Assembly (NCBI GenBank): GCA_035531395.1
Contig: DATKTA010000006.1
Span: 160,424-224,423, forward strand
Source of the DNA: Bacteroidales bacterium
Lineage (GTDB): Bacteria; Bacteroidota; Bacteroidia; Bacteroidales; VadinHA17
Reading direction: 5' to 3'
Length of the DNA stretch: 64,000 bases
Shown here: piece after piece, positions 31,484 through 41,192 of the stretch
Numbering within the stretch: the stretch's first letter is position 1
Layout: the number at the start of each line of letters is the position of its first letter
Position numbers and translations under genes: made by a program
The notes under the pieces: model-generated
Databases searched by the model: none
What the model saw: only the letters and a program-made list of their open reading frames with translations
Told to the model about the DNA's origin: nothing

Positions 31484-33271
31484 ATGGATAATATCCGTAA
31501 TTTCTGTATCATAGCTCATATTGATCATGGTAAGAGTACCCTGGCTGACAGGTTACTTGAGATTACTCATACTATTTCCGAAAGGGAATATCAAGACCAG
31601 ATACTTGACAATATGGATCTTGAGAGAGAAAGGGGTATTACTATTAAGAGTCATGCTATTCAGATGGAATATCTGCACAACGGGGAAAAGTTCCTGCTGA
31701 ACCTTATTGATACTCCCGGACATGTAGATTTCTCTTATGAAGTATCCCGTTCGATTGCTGCCTGCGAAGGTGCATTGCTGGTTATAGATGCTACACAGGG
31801 GATTCAGGCACAAACGATCTCGAATTTGTACATGGCTATTGATCATGATCTTGAAATTATCCCGGTTTTGAACAAGATGGATTCTCCTTCTGCAATGCCC
31901 GAAGAAGTAAAAGATCAGATAGTTGATCTCGTAGGGTGTAACAGGGAAGATATTATTGAGGCAAGTGCGAAGACCGGTATAGGAGTTGAAAAAATTCTGA
32001 ATGAAATTGTTACTCGTATCCCAAATCCGAAGGGAGACCCTGATGCACCTCTGCAGGCTCTGATATTTGATTCAATCTTTAACTCATTCAGAGGAATTAT
32101 TGCTTATATCAAAATTATTAACGGAACAGTCAAAAAGGGTGACAGAGTAAAATTTGTAAACACTGATCATGAATATTATGCTGAAGAGATCGGGGTTCTG
32201 AAACTAAAGCAGGATCCCAGGTTGAAGATGAGTGTAGGAGACGTGGGATATATTATTACCGGTGTAAAAGTATCGGCTGAAGTTAAAGTAGGGGATACAA
32301 TTACTGATGTAAAAAATCCTTGTAAGCAAGCGATCTCAGGGTTTGAGGATGTTAAACCGATGGTTTTTGCCGGAATTTATCCGGTTGATGCAGATGATTA
32401 TGAGGATCTGAGGCTCTCAATTGAAAAATTACAGTTAAATGATGCTTCATTGACATTTATCCCTGAATCGTCGGCTGCCCTGGGATTTGGTTTCCGTTGT
32501 GGCTTCTTGGGATTGCTCCATATGGAGATAATACAGGAAAGGCTTGACAGGGAGTTCGATATGGATGTAATAACAACTGTACCTAACGTTTCATTTAAAG
32601 CATATACCACTAAAGGAGAGGAAATTGATGTTCATAACCCATCAGGGTTACCATCTGTTAATTATCTTGAGCGGATTGAAGAACCATATATTGTAGCACA
32701 GATAATCACATTATCAGAATATGTCGGCTCCATCATGACTCTCTGTATTGATAAAAGGGGAGTTCTCAAAAATCAGATTTACCTTACCCGCGACAGGGTT
32801 GAACTGACATTTGAGATGCCTCTGGCTGAAATTGTCTTCGATTTTTATGATAAACTGAAGAGTATTTCAAAGGGGTATGCCTCTTTTGACTACTATTATA
32901 CGACATATCAGAAAGCTGATCTTGTAAGGCTTGATATTCTGTTAAATGGTGAAATGGTAGATGCACTTTCAACTCTTATTTACAGGGGTCATTCTTATGA
33001 TTTTGGAAGGAAGATGTGCGAAAAGCTGAAGGAACTGATCCCGCGTCAGCAGTTTGATATAGCTATTCAGGCCGCAGTCGGAGCAAAAATAATTGCACGT
33101 GAAACAGTCAAGGCTGTCAGAAAAGATGTTACTGCAAAATGTTACGGAGGTGATATTACCAGGAAGAGAAAACTCCTTGAGAAGCAGAAGAAAGGAAAGA
33201 AACGTATGCGACAGGTTGGTAATGTAGAGGTGCCGCAGCAAGCTTTTCTTGCAGTCCTTAAACTCGACTAA
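31484..33271 (+). CDS. lepA: translation elongation factor 4 (LepA)
   Basis: G1 [10 protein letters not shown]3 [12 protein letters not shown], LepA C-terminal domain. Confidence 0.97.
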   Translation: MDNIRNFCIIAHIDHGKSTLADRLLEITHTISEREYQDQILDNMDLERERGITIKSHAIQMEYLHNGEKFLLNLIDTPGHVDFSYEVSRSIAACEGALLVIDATQGIQAQTISNLYMAIDHDLEIIPVLNKMDSPSAMPEEVKDQIVDLVGCNREDIIEASAKTGIGVEKILNEIVTRIPNPKGDPDAPLQALIFDSIFNSFRGIIAYIKIINGTVKKGDRVKFVNTDHEYYAEEIGVLKLKQDPRLKMSVGDVGYIITGVKVSAEVKVGDTITDVKNPCKQAISGFEDVKPMVFAGIYPVDADDYEDLRLSIEKLQLNDASLTFIPESSAALGFGFRCGFLGLLHMEIIQERLDREFDMDVITTVPNVSFKAYTTKGEEIDVHNPSGLPSVNYLERIEEPYIVAQIITLSEYVGSIMTLCIDKRGVLKNQIYLTRDRVELTFEMPLAEIVFDFYDKLKSISKGYASFDYYYTTYQKADLVRLDILLNGEMVDALSTLIYRGHSYDFGRKMCEKLKELIPRQQFDIAIQAAVGAKIIARETVKAVRKDVTAKCYGGDITRKRKLLEKQKKGKKRMRQVGNVEVPQQAFLAVLKLD

Positions 33272-33295
33272 TCCTTGCAACTAATCTAAATACCG

Positions 33296-33331
33296 ACCTG
33301 TCCTGTTAATATTGATGGACAGGGTTTTCTT
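33296..33331. terminator. hairpin between the convergent lepA and response-regulator genes
   Basis: Stem cctgtcc / ggacagg with a T-run on the plus strand. Confidence 0.5.
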
Positions 33332-34017
33332 CAGCATATCAGCTTATAGCCTTTGCCATGTATATTAAGAATCTTTAAAGAGGGATCTTTGCCAAGATAC
33401 TTTCTGAGTCTTGATATATATACATCCATACTCCTGGCATTGAAATAGTTATCGTCGATCCATATCGATTTCAGTGCAAAATTTCTTTCAAGAATCTCAT
33501 TGTGGTGCCGGTAAAGCAGGTCGAGGAGTTCTGATTCCTTTGTTGTCAGCTTGATTGGTTTTCCTTTATGACTCAGTATCTGCTTGAGAGGATCAAATAA
33601 AAAACTGCCGATAGTGTAAGGACCCTCCTTAATACTTTCCGTTGTACCACTTGTTCTTCTCAGTATAGCTTCAATGCGGTAAAGCAGCTCTTCCATCGAA
33701 AATGGTTTGGTGATGTAATCGTCAGCACCCGAAACAAATCCTTCAATGATATCTTCCTGCTGGTTCTTGGCAGTAAGGAAAATGATTGGTATCTCCTTAT
33801 TTGAAATACGGATTTCCCTGGCAAGGGTAAGTCCATCCATTTCCGGCATCATAATATCAAAAATGCAAATGTTAAAAGATTCTGACGAGAATGTATCAAG
33901 TGCCTGAGTGCCGTTTCTGACAAGTGTGGTGTCAAAGTTCTTTGCAATAAGGTAATTCTTTAAAAGGATTCCCAAGTTGCTGTCATCTTCAGCCAGTAGA
34001 ATTTTTATATTATTCAT
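33331..34017 (-). CDS. OmpR-family response regulator
   Basis: Receiver domain (LLAEDD, DIMMPEMDG, K in LTAK) plus a winged-helix output domain. Confidence 0.9.
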   Translation of the reverse strand: MNNIKILLAEDDSNLGILLKNYLIAKNFDTTLVRNGTQALDTFSSESFNICIFDIMMPEMDGLTLAREIRISNKEIPIIFLTAKNQQEDIIEGFVSGADDYITKPFSMEELLYRIEAILRRTSGTTESIKEGPYTIGSFLFDPLKQILSHKGKPIKLTTKESELLDLLYRHHNEILERNFALKSIWIDDNYFNARSMDVYISRLRKYLGKDPSLKILNIHGKGYKLIC

Positions 34018-34076
34018 TGTCTTAAGTTTTTATAGAGTTGAACCTGTTTATTTTATCGAATTTCGGAAATTCTGCT

Positions 34077-35633
34077 TTATTTATTTACATTCTGCGGAAG
34101 ATAAATAATGAATTTTGTACCCTTATTCAGATTGCTTTCCACCTTTATTTCTCCACTGTGTTCATAAATTACTTTTTGGAAATAACTAAGTCCAAGTCCG
34201 AATCCCTTTACGTTATGGACATTACCTGAAGGGACCCGGTAAAATTTCTCAAATATTCTGTGTAGGTTTTCCTTACTTATGCCTATCCCTTTATCAGAAA
34301 CAATAATTTCCAGCCCCTTACTGTAATTACGGGTTGAAATAACAATTTCAGGATTGTCCCTGGAGTACTTTATGGCATTGTCAATAAGGTTTGAAATGGC
34401 ATTATTAATATGTACTTCATCTGCGACCACAACTGGCTCTGATGCCTGGAAATCCTTTTTGATTAACCCCTGACAACTTCTGATCTGAAGATTGAAATTG
34501 TTTATTGTTTTATTCAGGAGGGAATGCATGTCCAGATCAACTTTATGAAGCTTCATCCTGACCTTTTCAAAGATTGCCATCTGAAGTACCTTCTCAACCT
34601 GGAATTTGAGTCTTGTACTTTCATCTGAGATAATAGATGCAAGGGCTTCAGTATTCTTCTCCTTTTCAGGAATAGATTTGTCGGCAAGCATCTGAGAGGC
34701 CAGCGAAATGGTTGATATTGGTGTTTTTAGCTCATGAGTCATATTACTGATAAAATCATTTCTGATTTCAGATATTTTTTTCTGACGAAAAATTACAATG
34801 AATGTCCCTGTTGAAAGAATGGTTATAAGAAGTGTGAAGAGCAGGGAGAAGAATCCAAGATTTCCGATTTTCTCAAATTTGTATTGCTTCTCCTGAAGAC
34901 AATAAAGTACAATCTGGTTCTGGCTTGGGACCGGATCGTTTGGGAAAAGCTGGATAATAAATTTGTTCGTACCCGGCTTATCAGTAAATCCAGGTGTTTT
35001 CCATATTGTTCCCAGACGTCCCGAACGGATGGAAAACTCAAAATCGAGATAGATCTCAACATTATTTAGTGCAGCCCTGAGTCTCTTCTGTATATCTTCA
35101 GGATTTATCCTGTCTCTGATGTCAGGAGTGTTTCTCAGGACCTTTTCCATAATGTTTTCAAGGAATATAATCTTGTTGCTGACCCTGCCTTTTATTTCAG
35201 AGTGTATTACCTGTGGTGAAGGCTCATTGATCTCACCTGAGGAATATGGAGAGACATTTTCAGAAGAAATAAAAATCTTATGGCCTGAACTTGTAATTGC
35301 CACTGTCTCGTCTGTGGTACTGAGGCCGTATTTATCAACAAGTGTAGCATTAGGATGGTACACTTCCAGTTTTCTTGCGAATGGTGAGTTTGACGGAACT
35401 ATAATTGTTACTGAATCAGATGATGCAGGTTCTAGCTCCTCGACAATTGATTCTATTAGTTCTTTCTCCTCAAGATCAAGAACGACAGATTCAAGTGCTT
35501 TGTTAGCCATATAGCGGAACTGCTGATCTGTTATGGCTATTGCATTCCTGATCCAGGATAATTGTATAAGAATTAGTCCTGAAATAGCCAGGAAGAAAAA
35601 AATTGCCAGTAATACAATGATTTTCCGCTTCAT
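34077..35633 (-). CDS. sensor histidine kinase
   Basis: Two TM segments. H-box SNMTHELKTPIS, N-box NLIDNAIKY, G-boxes DKGIGI and GFGLGLS. Confidence 0.9.
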   Translation of the reverse strand: MKRKIIVLLAIFFFLAISGLILIQLSWIRNAIAITDQQFRYMANKALESVVLDLEEKELIESIVEELEPASSDSVTIIVPSNSPFARKLEVYHPNATLVDKYGLSTTDETVAITSSGHKIFISSENVSPYSSGEINEPSPQVIHSEIKGRVSNKIIFLENIMEKVLRNTPDIRDRINPEDIQKRLRAALNNVEIYLDFEFSIRSGRLGTIWKTPGFTDKPGTNKFIIQLFPNDPVPSQNQIVLYCLQEKQYKFEKIGNLGFFSLLFTLLITILSTGTFIVIFRQKKISEIRNDFISNMTHELKTPISTISLASQMLADKSIPEKEKNTEALASIISDESTRLKFQVEKVLQMAIFEKVRMKLHKVDLDMHSLLNKTINNFNLQIRSCQGLIKKDFQASEPVVVADEVHINNAISNLIDNAIKYSRDNPEIVISTRNYSKGLEIIVSDKGIGISKENLHRIFEKFYRVPSGNVHNVKGFGLGLSYFQKVIYEHSGEIKVESNLNKGTKFIIYLPQNVNK

Positions 35634-35905
35634 ATAGCTACAAAAGTACTTGTAACTATTCTAATTTCACATTCTTTAACTTTCTTTAACAACGTGTCCT
35701 GGTAGATCAGCTTTTTGCATAAACAGGTGAAAAGAAAAAATAAAATTATTTAACAAATCATTAAAATAATGTTAATTATCAATTTGTCAGGATAAATTAT
35801 TCTTTATTGATATTTTATGGTTTATCTTTGAAGTGGGTTTGGCACAGTATTTGTTTTTTAATAATCAGAGGTTTTTTTCATAGGTTAGGTTAGTTTTAGG
35901 GTTAT

Positions 35906-35950
35906 CAAAAAAGGAGAGGCTGACGGTTATAGTCAGCCTCTCTGCTTTTT
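35906..35950. terminator. strong bidirectional intrinsic terminator
   Basis: Perfect 11-bp stem gagaggctgac / gtcagcctctc, 7-nt loop, A-run upstream and T-run downstream. Confidence 0.75.
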
Positions 35951-35976
35951 ATTTATGAGATATTTACACAGGCCAG

Positions 35977-36468
35977 TTAACTGAGGTTCTGAACCCTGAT
36001 AATAGGTATCCCCTTTTCAACGGCGCTTTTATATATATGTTTTCTTATCAATGTTGATTTCTTCCTCTGGAGGTAGTTAAGGTCTATAATATATGATGTG
36101 CCGTTTGTCAGATTAAGTTTTACTTTACGTTGTTTATGAGGCATTACCATTTCTTTAATCTCAATCCACTGAAAAGAACGCCTTTTAGGTCTGATTATAC
36201 CATATCTGAATTCAATTTTGCCGTAATCGACCAGAAAGAAGAGGTCACTTCTTTTAATTGAAGCAAGTGCAGCAAATAGTCCAACAATAAAACTTATCCC
36301 GAAAGGAGCAGTTGAAAGTACAGGGGGGATACTCTCGTGCCCGAACAAAGGTTTCGCAGTTACTACATATAATCCGGCGATAAAGAATAGTCCTGAGAAT
36401 ACCCACAAAAGTACTTTCCTGCCTTTTGAAAACTCCTCTTCTGAGAGGTTGAAATAAAGCTGTTCCAT
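35977..36468 (-). CDS. hypothetical membrane protein (two TM helices plus a basic soluble C-terminal domain)
   Basis: 163 aa. Helices VLLWVFSGLFFIAGLYVV and FGISFIVGLFAALASI. Confidence 0.5.
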   Translation of the reverse strand: MEQLYFNLSEEEFSKGRKVLLWVFSGLFFIAGLYVVTAKPLFGHESIPPVLSTAPFGISFIVGLFAALASIKRSDLFFLVDYGKIEFRYGIIRPKRRSFQWIEIKEMVMPHKQRKVKLNLTNGTSYIIDLNYLQRKKSTLIRKHIYKSAVEKGIPIIRVQNLS

Positions 36469-36471
36469 AAT

Positions 36472-36915
36472 CTATGGGATAATGTATTGTAAGTTTTTAT
36501 CATTTAAGGTCAATGTGTCAATAACAAATACTGCATTGACAGCTTCCGTTTCTCTGAGAAGCATTGTAATCTCTGACCCGTTATTGTCGCTCCCGGCATA
36601 ATGAACCTGGAAGAGATAATCTATATTTTTCAATTTTTTAAGAAGGAACTGCTTGCCTGAACGGTTTGAAATAAGACTGTAAATAGTATCGTCTGAGTGA
36701 TTTGTATGAGAGAATCTGCTGAAAATTAATTCACTGCCTGATTCATCATGGAGACTAAGAGGTGATTTGTTTTTCAGTGAGATACCCAGTTTTTTGTTAA
36801 GAGCAAGCGAAAGCTTATAATCTGGGTCAGTTGAGACGATCCCACAGAGAAATAAATTTTCATTATCATCCATATTCAGCTGGATACGCTTTATTTTATT
36901 AGTGTTCTTCATCAT
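36472..36915 (-). CDS. hypothetical protein
   Basis: 147-aa ORF tightly packed between rnc and the membrane-protein gene. No motif recognised. Confidence 0.45.
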   Translation of the reverse strand: MMKNTNKIKRIQLNMDDNENLFLCGIVSTDPDYKLSLALNKKLGISLKNKSPLSLHDESGSELIFSRFSHTNHSDDTIYSLISNRSGKQFLLKKLKNIDYLFQVHYAGSDNNGSEITMLLRETEAVNAVFVIDTLTLNDKNLQYIIP

Positions 36916-36961
36916 TTACGAGCCACAAATGATAAAGTTAAATAAAAAAAAATATTATTCC

Positions 36962-37702
36962 CTAAAAGGGTGAATAATCTTTGAGTCTTTTCCAGGCCTG
37001 ACTGGCAGCCTCCTGTTCCGCCTCCTTCTTTGATGATCCCTGGCCAATACCCATCTCCTGCCTGTCGATTAATAAAGTGGTAGAGAATACAGATTTTTTA
37101 AGGTTAAAATCATATTCTTCATTATAGGTGAAGATGAGATTGGATTTCTTCTTCTGTACCCATTCAAATACCAGACTTTTGTAATCAGTATCAGTTTTAA
37201 CAATTGTCTCGAGGTCAAGGTATTTATTGAGGATGTTTTTAATAAAAATCTTCTTCGTCTTTTTAAATCCTTTGTCAAGAAATACTGAACCAATTAGTGC
37301 CTCAAGAGCATCACCGTAAAGGTTTTTAGTAGGATGAAGAGAGCTTACATTGCTGATAAGTATTTTATTAATACCCATCGAAACAGCAAGCTGGTTAAGC
37401 ACTTCCCGGTTAACAATACGCGAACGAATCTTCGTCATGAAACCTTCACTTGCATCAGGGAATATTTCAAAAAGGTAATCAGATAAAATGGCACTTATAA
37501 CGGCATCTCCAAGGTATTCAAGTCTTTCATTATTGACTTTTTTGCCATTGGGAAGGCTGAATGTGGCAGAACGGTGGATGAATGCAATTTCATACAGTTT
37601 CAGATTTCCGGGCCTGAAACCAAAAATCTTTTTTAAACGAGAGCTAAACTCATGTTTATCAAGAATATACGTGCCATTTATTCTCCGCAGGAATAATGAC
37701 AC
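36962..37702 (-). CDS. rnc: ribonuclease III (apparent GTG start)
   Basis: RNase III signature ERLEYLGDAV. C-terminal dsRBD (GSSKKEAEQEAA). Confidence 0.9.
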   Translation of the reverse strand: MSLFLRRINGTYILDKHEFSSRLKKIFGFRPGNLKLYEIAFIHRSATFSLPNGKKVNNERLEYLGDAVISAILSDYLFEIFPDASEGFMTKIRSRIVNREVLNQLAVSMGINKILISNVSSLHPTKNLYGDALEALIGSVFLDKGFKKTKKIFIKNILNKYLDLETIVKTDTDYKSLVFEWVQKKKSNLIFTYNEEYDFNLKKSVFSTTLLIDRQEMGIGQGSSKKEAEQEAASQAWKRLKDYSPF

Positions 37703-38949
37703 TATAAATCTGCTTTTTTGACGATAATAGATGCATTATGCCCGCCAAAACCAAATGTGTTGCTAAAGGCATAATTTACCGTCCTGTTCTGTGCTTTATT
37801 TAATGTTAGATTAAGGTTCTGGTCAATATCCGGATCGGGGACCTTGAAGTTGATGGTTGGAGGGACGATATCGTTCTTAACAGCCATTATTGCAGCTATT
37901 GCCTCCACAGCCCCTGCTGCTCCAAGCAAATGACCTGTCATCGATTTGGTGGAGCTGATGTTTAGTTTATATGCATGTTCACCGAAAACATCCACAATGG
38001 CTTTTGTTTCAGATATATCTCCAAGAGGTGTGGCTGTTCCATGAACATTTATATAATCGATATCCTCAGCCTTAATGCCAGCTTCCTGCATGGCAAGTTT
38101 CATTACATTCCTTGCGCCAAGACCTTCAGGGTGAGGTGCTGTCATATGATAGGCATCTGCAGTAAGTCCGGTTCCAACAACTTCGGCATATATTTTTGCA
38201 CCTCTGGCTTTTGCATGCTCATATTCTTCAACTATCAGGGAGCCTGATCCTTCTCCAAGTACAAAGCCATCCCGTGTTTTATCAAAAGGACGGGAAGCGG
38301 TACTAAATTCTTCATTATTAGTTGAAAGAGCCTGCAAAGCATTGAATCCACCTATTCCTGGTTCATTGACACAGGCTTCGGATCCACCGGTAATAAAAAT
38401 ATCAGCCTTGCCCCATCGTATATAATTGACTGCATCAATTATGGAATTTGTAGAAGATGCGCATGCAGAAACAATTCCAAAGTTGGGTCCTCTGAATCCA
38501 TATTTGATAGATATAACACCTGCAGCTATGTCGCCGATCATTTTTGGAATAAAAAAAGGACTGAACCGGGGAGTCCCATCTCCAAGGACATAACTTTTAA
38601 TTGCCAGGAAAAAGGTTTCCAGTCCTCCTATTCCTGATGCCCAGATAACACCTACCCTGTCTTTATCAATCGATTCAAGATCTAATCCTGAATCGATGAT
38701 TGCTTCATCAGTGGTTATCAGTGCATACTGGGAATAGAGATCCAGTTTGTTTGCCTCTTTCCTGTCGAAATATTTAGCAGAGTCGTAGTTTTTTAATTCA
38801 CAGGCAAATTTTGTCTTGAATTTTTCTGTGTTAAAATAGGTTATCATGTTAGCGCCGCTAACACCATTCTTAAGACCTTCCCACGATTCAAGCAAATTAT
38901 TACCAAGTGGAGTTAATGCTCCAATCCCCGTAACTACAACTCTTCTCAT
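37702..38949 (-). CDS. fabF: beta-ketoacyl-ACP synthase II
   Basis: Active-site ACASS, HGTATPLGD, GHLLGAAG. Confidence 0.95.
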   Translation of the reverse strand: MRRVVVTGIGALTPLGNNLLESWEGLKNGVSGANMITYFNTEKFKTKFACELKNYDSAKYFDRKEANKLDLYSQYALITTDEAIIDSGLDLESIDKDRVGVIWASGIGGLETFFLAIKSYVLGDGTPRFSPFFIPKMIGDIAAGVISIKYGFRGPNFGIVSACASSTNSIIDAVNYIRWGKADIFITGGSEACVNEPGIGGFNALQALSTNNEEFSTASRPFDKTRDGFVLGEGSGSLIVEEYEHAKARGAKIYAEVVGTGLTADAYHMTAPHPEGLGARNVMKLAMQEAGIKAEDIDYINVHGTATPLGDISETKAIVDVFGEHAYKLNISSTKSMTGHLLGAAGAVEAIAAIMAVKNDIVPPTINFKVPDPDIDQNLNLTLNKAQNRTVNYAFSNTFGFGGHNASIIVKKADL

Positions 38950-38972
38950 AAATTGATTTTTATAAATGCAAA

Positions 38973-39209
38973 TTATTTTGCATTTTCCTCAATGTACTTT
39001 ATTGCATCACCAACTGTACTGATGGTTTCTGCCTGGTCATCGGGAATTCCGATATTAAATTCTTTTTCGAACTCCATGATTAACTCTACAGTATCAAGAG
39101 AGTCTGCTCCCAAATCATTAGTAAAACTTGCTTCGGGAGTTACTTCTGATTCGTCAACTCCAAGTTTGTCTACAATAATTTCCTTTACTCTTGTGGCAAT
39201 GTCCGACAT
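38973..39209 (-). CDS. acpP: acyl carrier protein
   Basis: 78 aa. Phosphopantetheine-site motif [10 protein letters not shown]. Confidence 0.95.
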   Translation of the reverse strand: MSDIATRVKEIIVDKLGVDESEVTPEASFTNDLGADSLDTVELIMEFEKEFNIGIPDDQAETISTVGDAIKYIEENAK

Positions 39210-39390
39210 AGTTATAAAATTTAATTAATATTAATTTTTGAACCATGCAAAGAAATATATTTGTACTATATTTTTCAAGAGATTTGATGTTTTTTATTGG
39301 TCATTCACTTTAAAATACAAATAGTCAGGGTTATAGCTGTTAATCTGATGGTTGTTAATAAATTAACACAAATATATTAATTGTCACTAT

Positions 39391-39966
39391 ATGAGGAATA
39401 TAGCGATTTTTGCATCGGGGTCGGGTACGAATGCTGAAAATATAATTAAATACTTTTCGACCAAAAAGAACGCCAAAGTAACTCTGGTGTTATCAAATAA
39501 GCTTCATGCTAAGGTATTAGAACGAGCTCAGAACAATGGCGTGGAAACACTTTTTTTCGAACGGGATGATTTTTATAACTCAGCGAAGGTACTCGGGTAT
39601 CTTTTGAAGAAGAAGATTGATTTTATAGTTCTTGCAGGTTTTCTCTGGCTTGTTCCTGCCAACATAACTAAAGAATACAAGGGCCGGATTGTCAACATTC
39701 ATCCTGCCTTGCTGCCTGCATATGGAGGTAAGGGGATGTATGGCGAAGCAGTTCACAGGGCTGTTATTAAAAACCGAGATAGGGAATCAGGTATAACCAT
39801 ACATTATGTAAATGATCACTACGATAAAGGTGATATAATATTCCAGGCCAGGTGCTGGGTCGAACCTGATGATGATCATGAGTTACTTGCGAAAAAGATC
39901 CATGCGCTGGAGTATGAGCATTTTCCACGGATTATTGATGAACTCATTCAAAAGTCCCCAGCATAG
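39391..39966 (+). CDS. purN: phosphoribosylglycinamide formyltransferase
   Basis: IAIFASGSGTNAENI, NIHPALLP. Confidence 0.9.
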   Translation: MRNIAIFASGSGTNAENIIKYFSTKKNAKVTLVLSNKLHAKVLERAQNNGVETLFFERDDFYNSAKVLGYLLKKKIDFIVLAGFLWLVPANITKEYKGRIVNIHPALLPAYGGKGMYGEAVHRAVIKNRDRESGITIHYVNDHYDKGDIIFQARCWVEPDDDHELLAKKIHALEYEHFPRIIDELIQKSPA

Positions 39967-41185
39967 TTAGCACCACACTCTTGTTAATTTCAAACCGTGA
40001 CTTGTTCTCTTCAGCGACTGGTTCAACCGGAGGTGCTTCTACTTTAAGCGGATCGACAGGTGATCCGTTTCTGTAAAACCTGAAATCGAGATGAGGCCCT
40101 GTTGAAAGTCCGCTGCTCCCTACAAAACCGATAATGTCTCCCTGTTTTACAAATGCTCCGGAAAAAACACCTTTGCCGAACCTGCTCAGATGCATGTATG
40201 CAGTTGAGTAAACACTGTTATGCTGTATTCTGATTATTAATCCTGATCCATTTTCCCTTTTGGCTGATGTTATCCTTCCATCACCAATAGCATGAACAGG
40301 AGTGCCAACCGGCGCTGCATAGTCTACTCCGTAATGAGGCCTTCTGATTCTCAGAATCGGATGCAGTCTTGATGAAGAATATCTTGAACTTATTCTGGAA
40401 AATTGAAGCGGGGCTTTAAGGAAAGCTTTTCGGAGACTGTTACCTTCAATATCAAAAAATGATTCACGGTCGTCCTGAATAAATGGCACTGCAGTAAAAA
40501 CAGCTCCTGACCAGCTGAACTGGGCACCGAAAATTCTTCCTGTCCCGAGCGATTTGTCATCCACATACAATTCTTCATAAATGACTTTGAAGCTGTCACC
40601 TTTCTGAAGACCAAAAAAGTCAACTGTCCAGGCAAATATTTCTGAGAGTTTAAAAGCAAGGGTGGGATGAAGACTGTCGGCTATCATCGCTTCCCAGAGA
40701 GAAGTTTCGATGGTTCCAGATGCGTATTTTATCTCGCTAATAATCTCTTTCCTGTATGGGGTTATGTAAATGGAATCATTGAAACTAAAAACATAACAGG
40801 TTGTAGGATCATGTTCATAAACCAGATATCTTGCCCTGGCTATTGTGTCCCTTTCGCAGAACAAAACATATTTATTTCCTGATCTGATCGTTCTTACATC
40901 AAATACCGATTTGAAATTTCTGACTGCATGATCAATTTCCTGCATTGTAACACCATGCTGCAACAGAATCTCAGACAAAAAGCCGTTACGTCTTATCTTT
41001 CCATAGATAAGATCAAAGGAATCAGACCTTATTCCGTACATGAATGCAGGAGTGATTGTATCAGCGGCCGGGAGTGAGTCACCTGAGACAGAAATATCTT
41101 CTTTTTCTCCTTTAACTGCCGGCTGACAGGAGTTAAGAAATATTGCTAAAGCTGCAAGCAGCAGGATATTAATTTTTCCTGACAT
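39944..41185 (-). CDS. M23-family metallopeptidase
   Basis: HYGVDYAAPVGTPV, YMHLS, GSSGLSTGPHLDF. N-terminal lipoprotein-like signal (LNSC). Confidence 0.85.
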   Translation of the reverse strand: MSGKINILLLAALAIFLNSCQPAVKGEKEDISVSGDSLPAADTITPAFMYGIRSDSFDLIYGKIRRNGFLSEILLQHGVTMQEIDHAVRNFKSVFDVRTIRSGNKYVLFCERDTIARARYLVYEHDPTTCYVFSFNDSIYITPYRKEIISEIKYASGTIETSLWEAMIADSLHPTLAFKLSEIFAWTVDFFGLQKGDSFKVIYEELYVDDKSLGTGRIFGAQFSWSGAVFTAVPFIQDDRESFFDIEGNSLRKAFLKAPLQFSRISSRYSSSRLHPILRIRRPHYGVDYAAPVGTPVHAIGDGRITSAKRENGSGLIIRIQHNSVYSTAYMHLSRFGKGVFSGAFVKQGDIIGFVGSSGLSTGPHLDFRFYRNGSPVDPLKVEAPPVEPVAEENKSRFEINKSVVLTMLGTFE

Positions 41186-41192
41186 CAGCCTG

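Noticed and set aside
39944-39966. 23-nt convergent overlap of the purN and M23-peptidase 3' ends
   Set aside because: Short convergent overlaps are common and carry no specific signal here.
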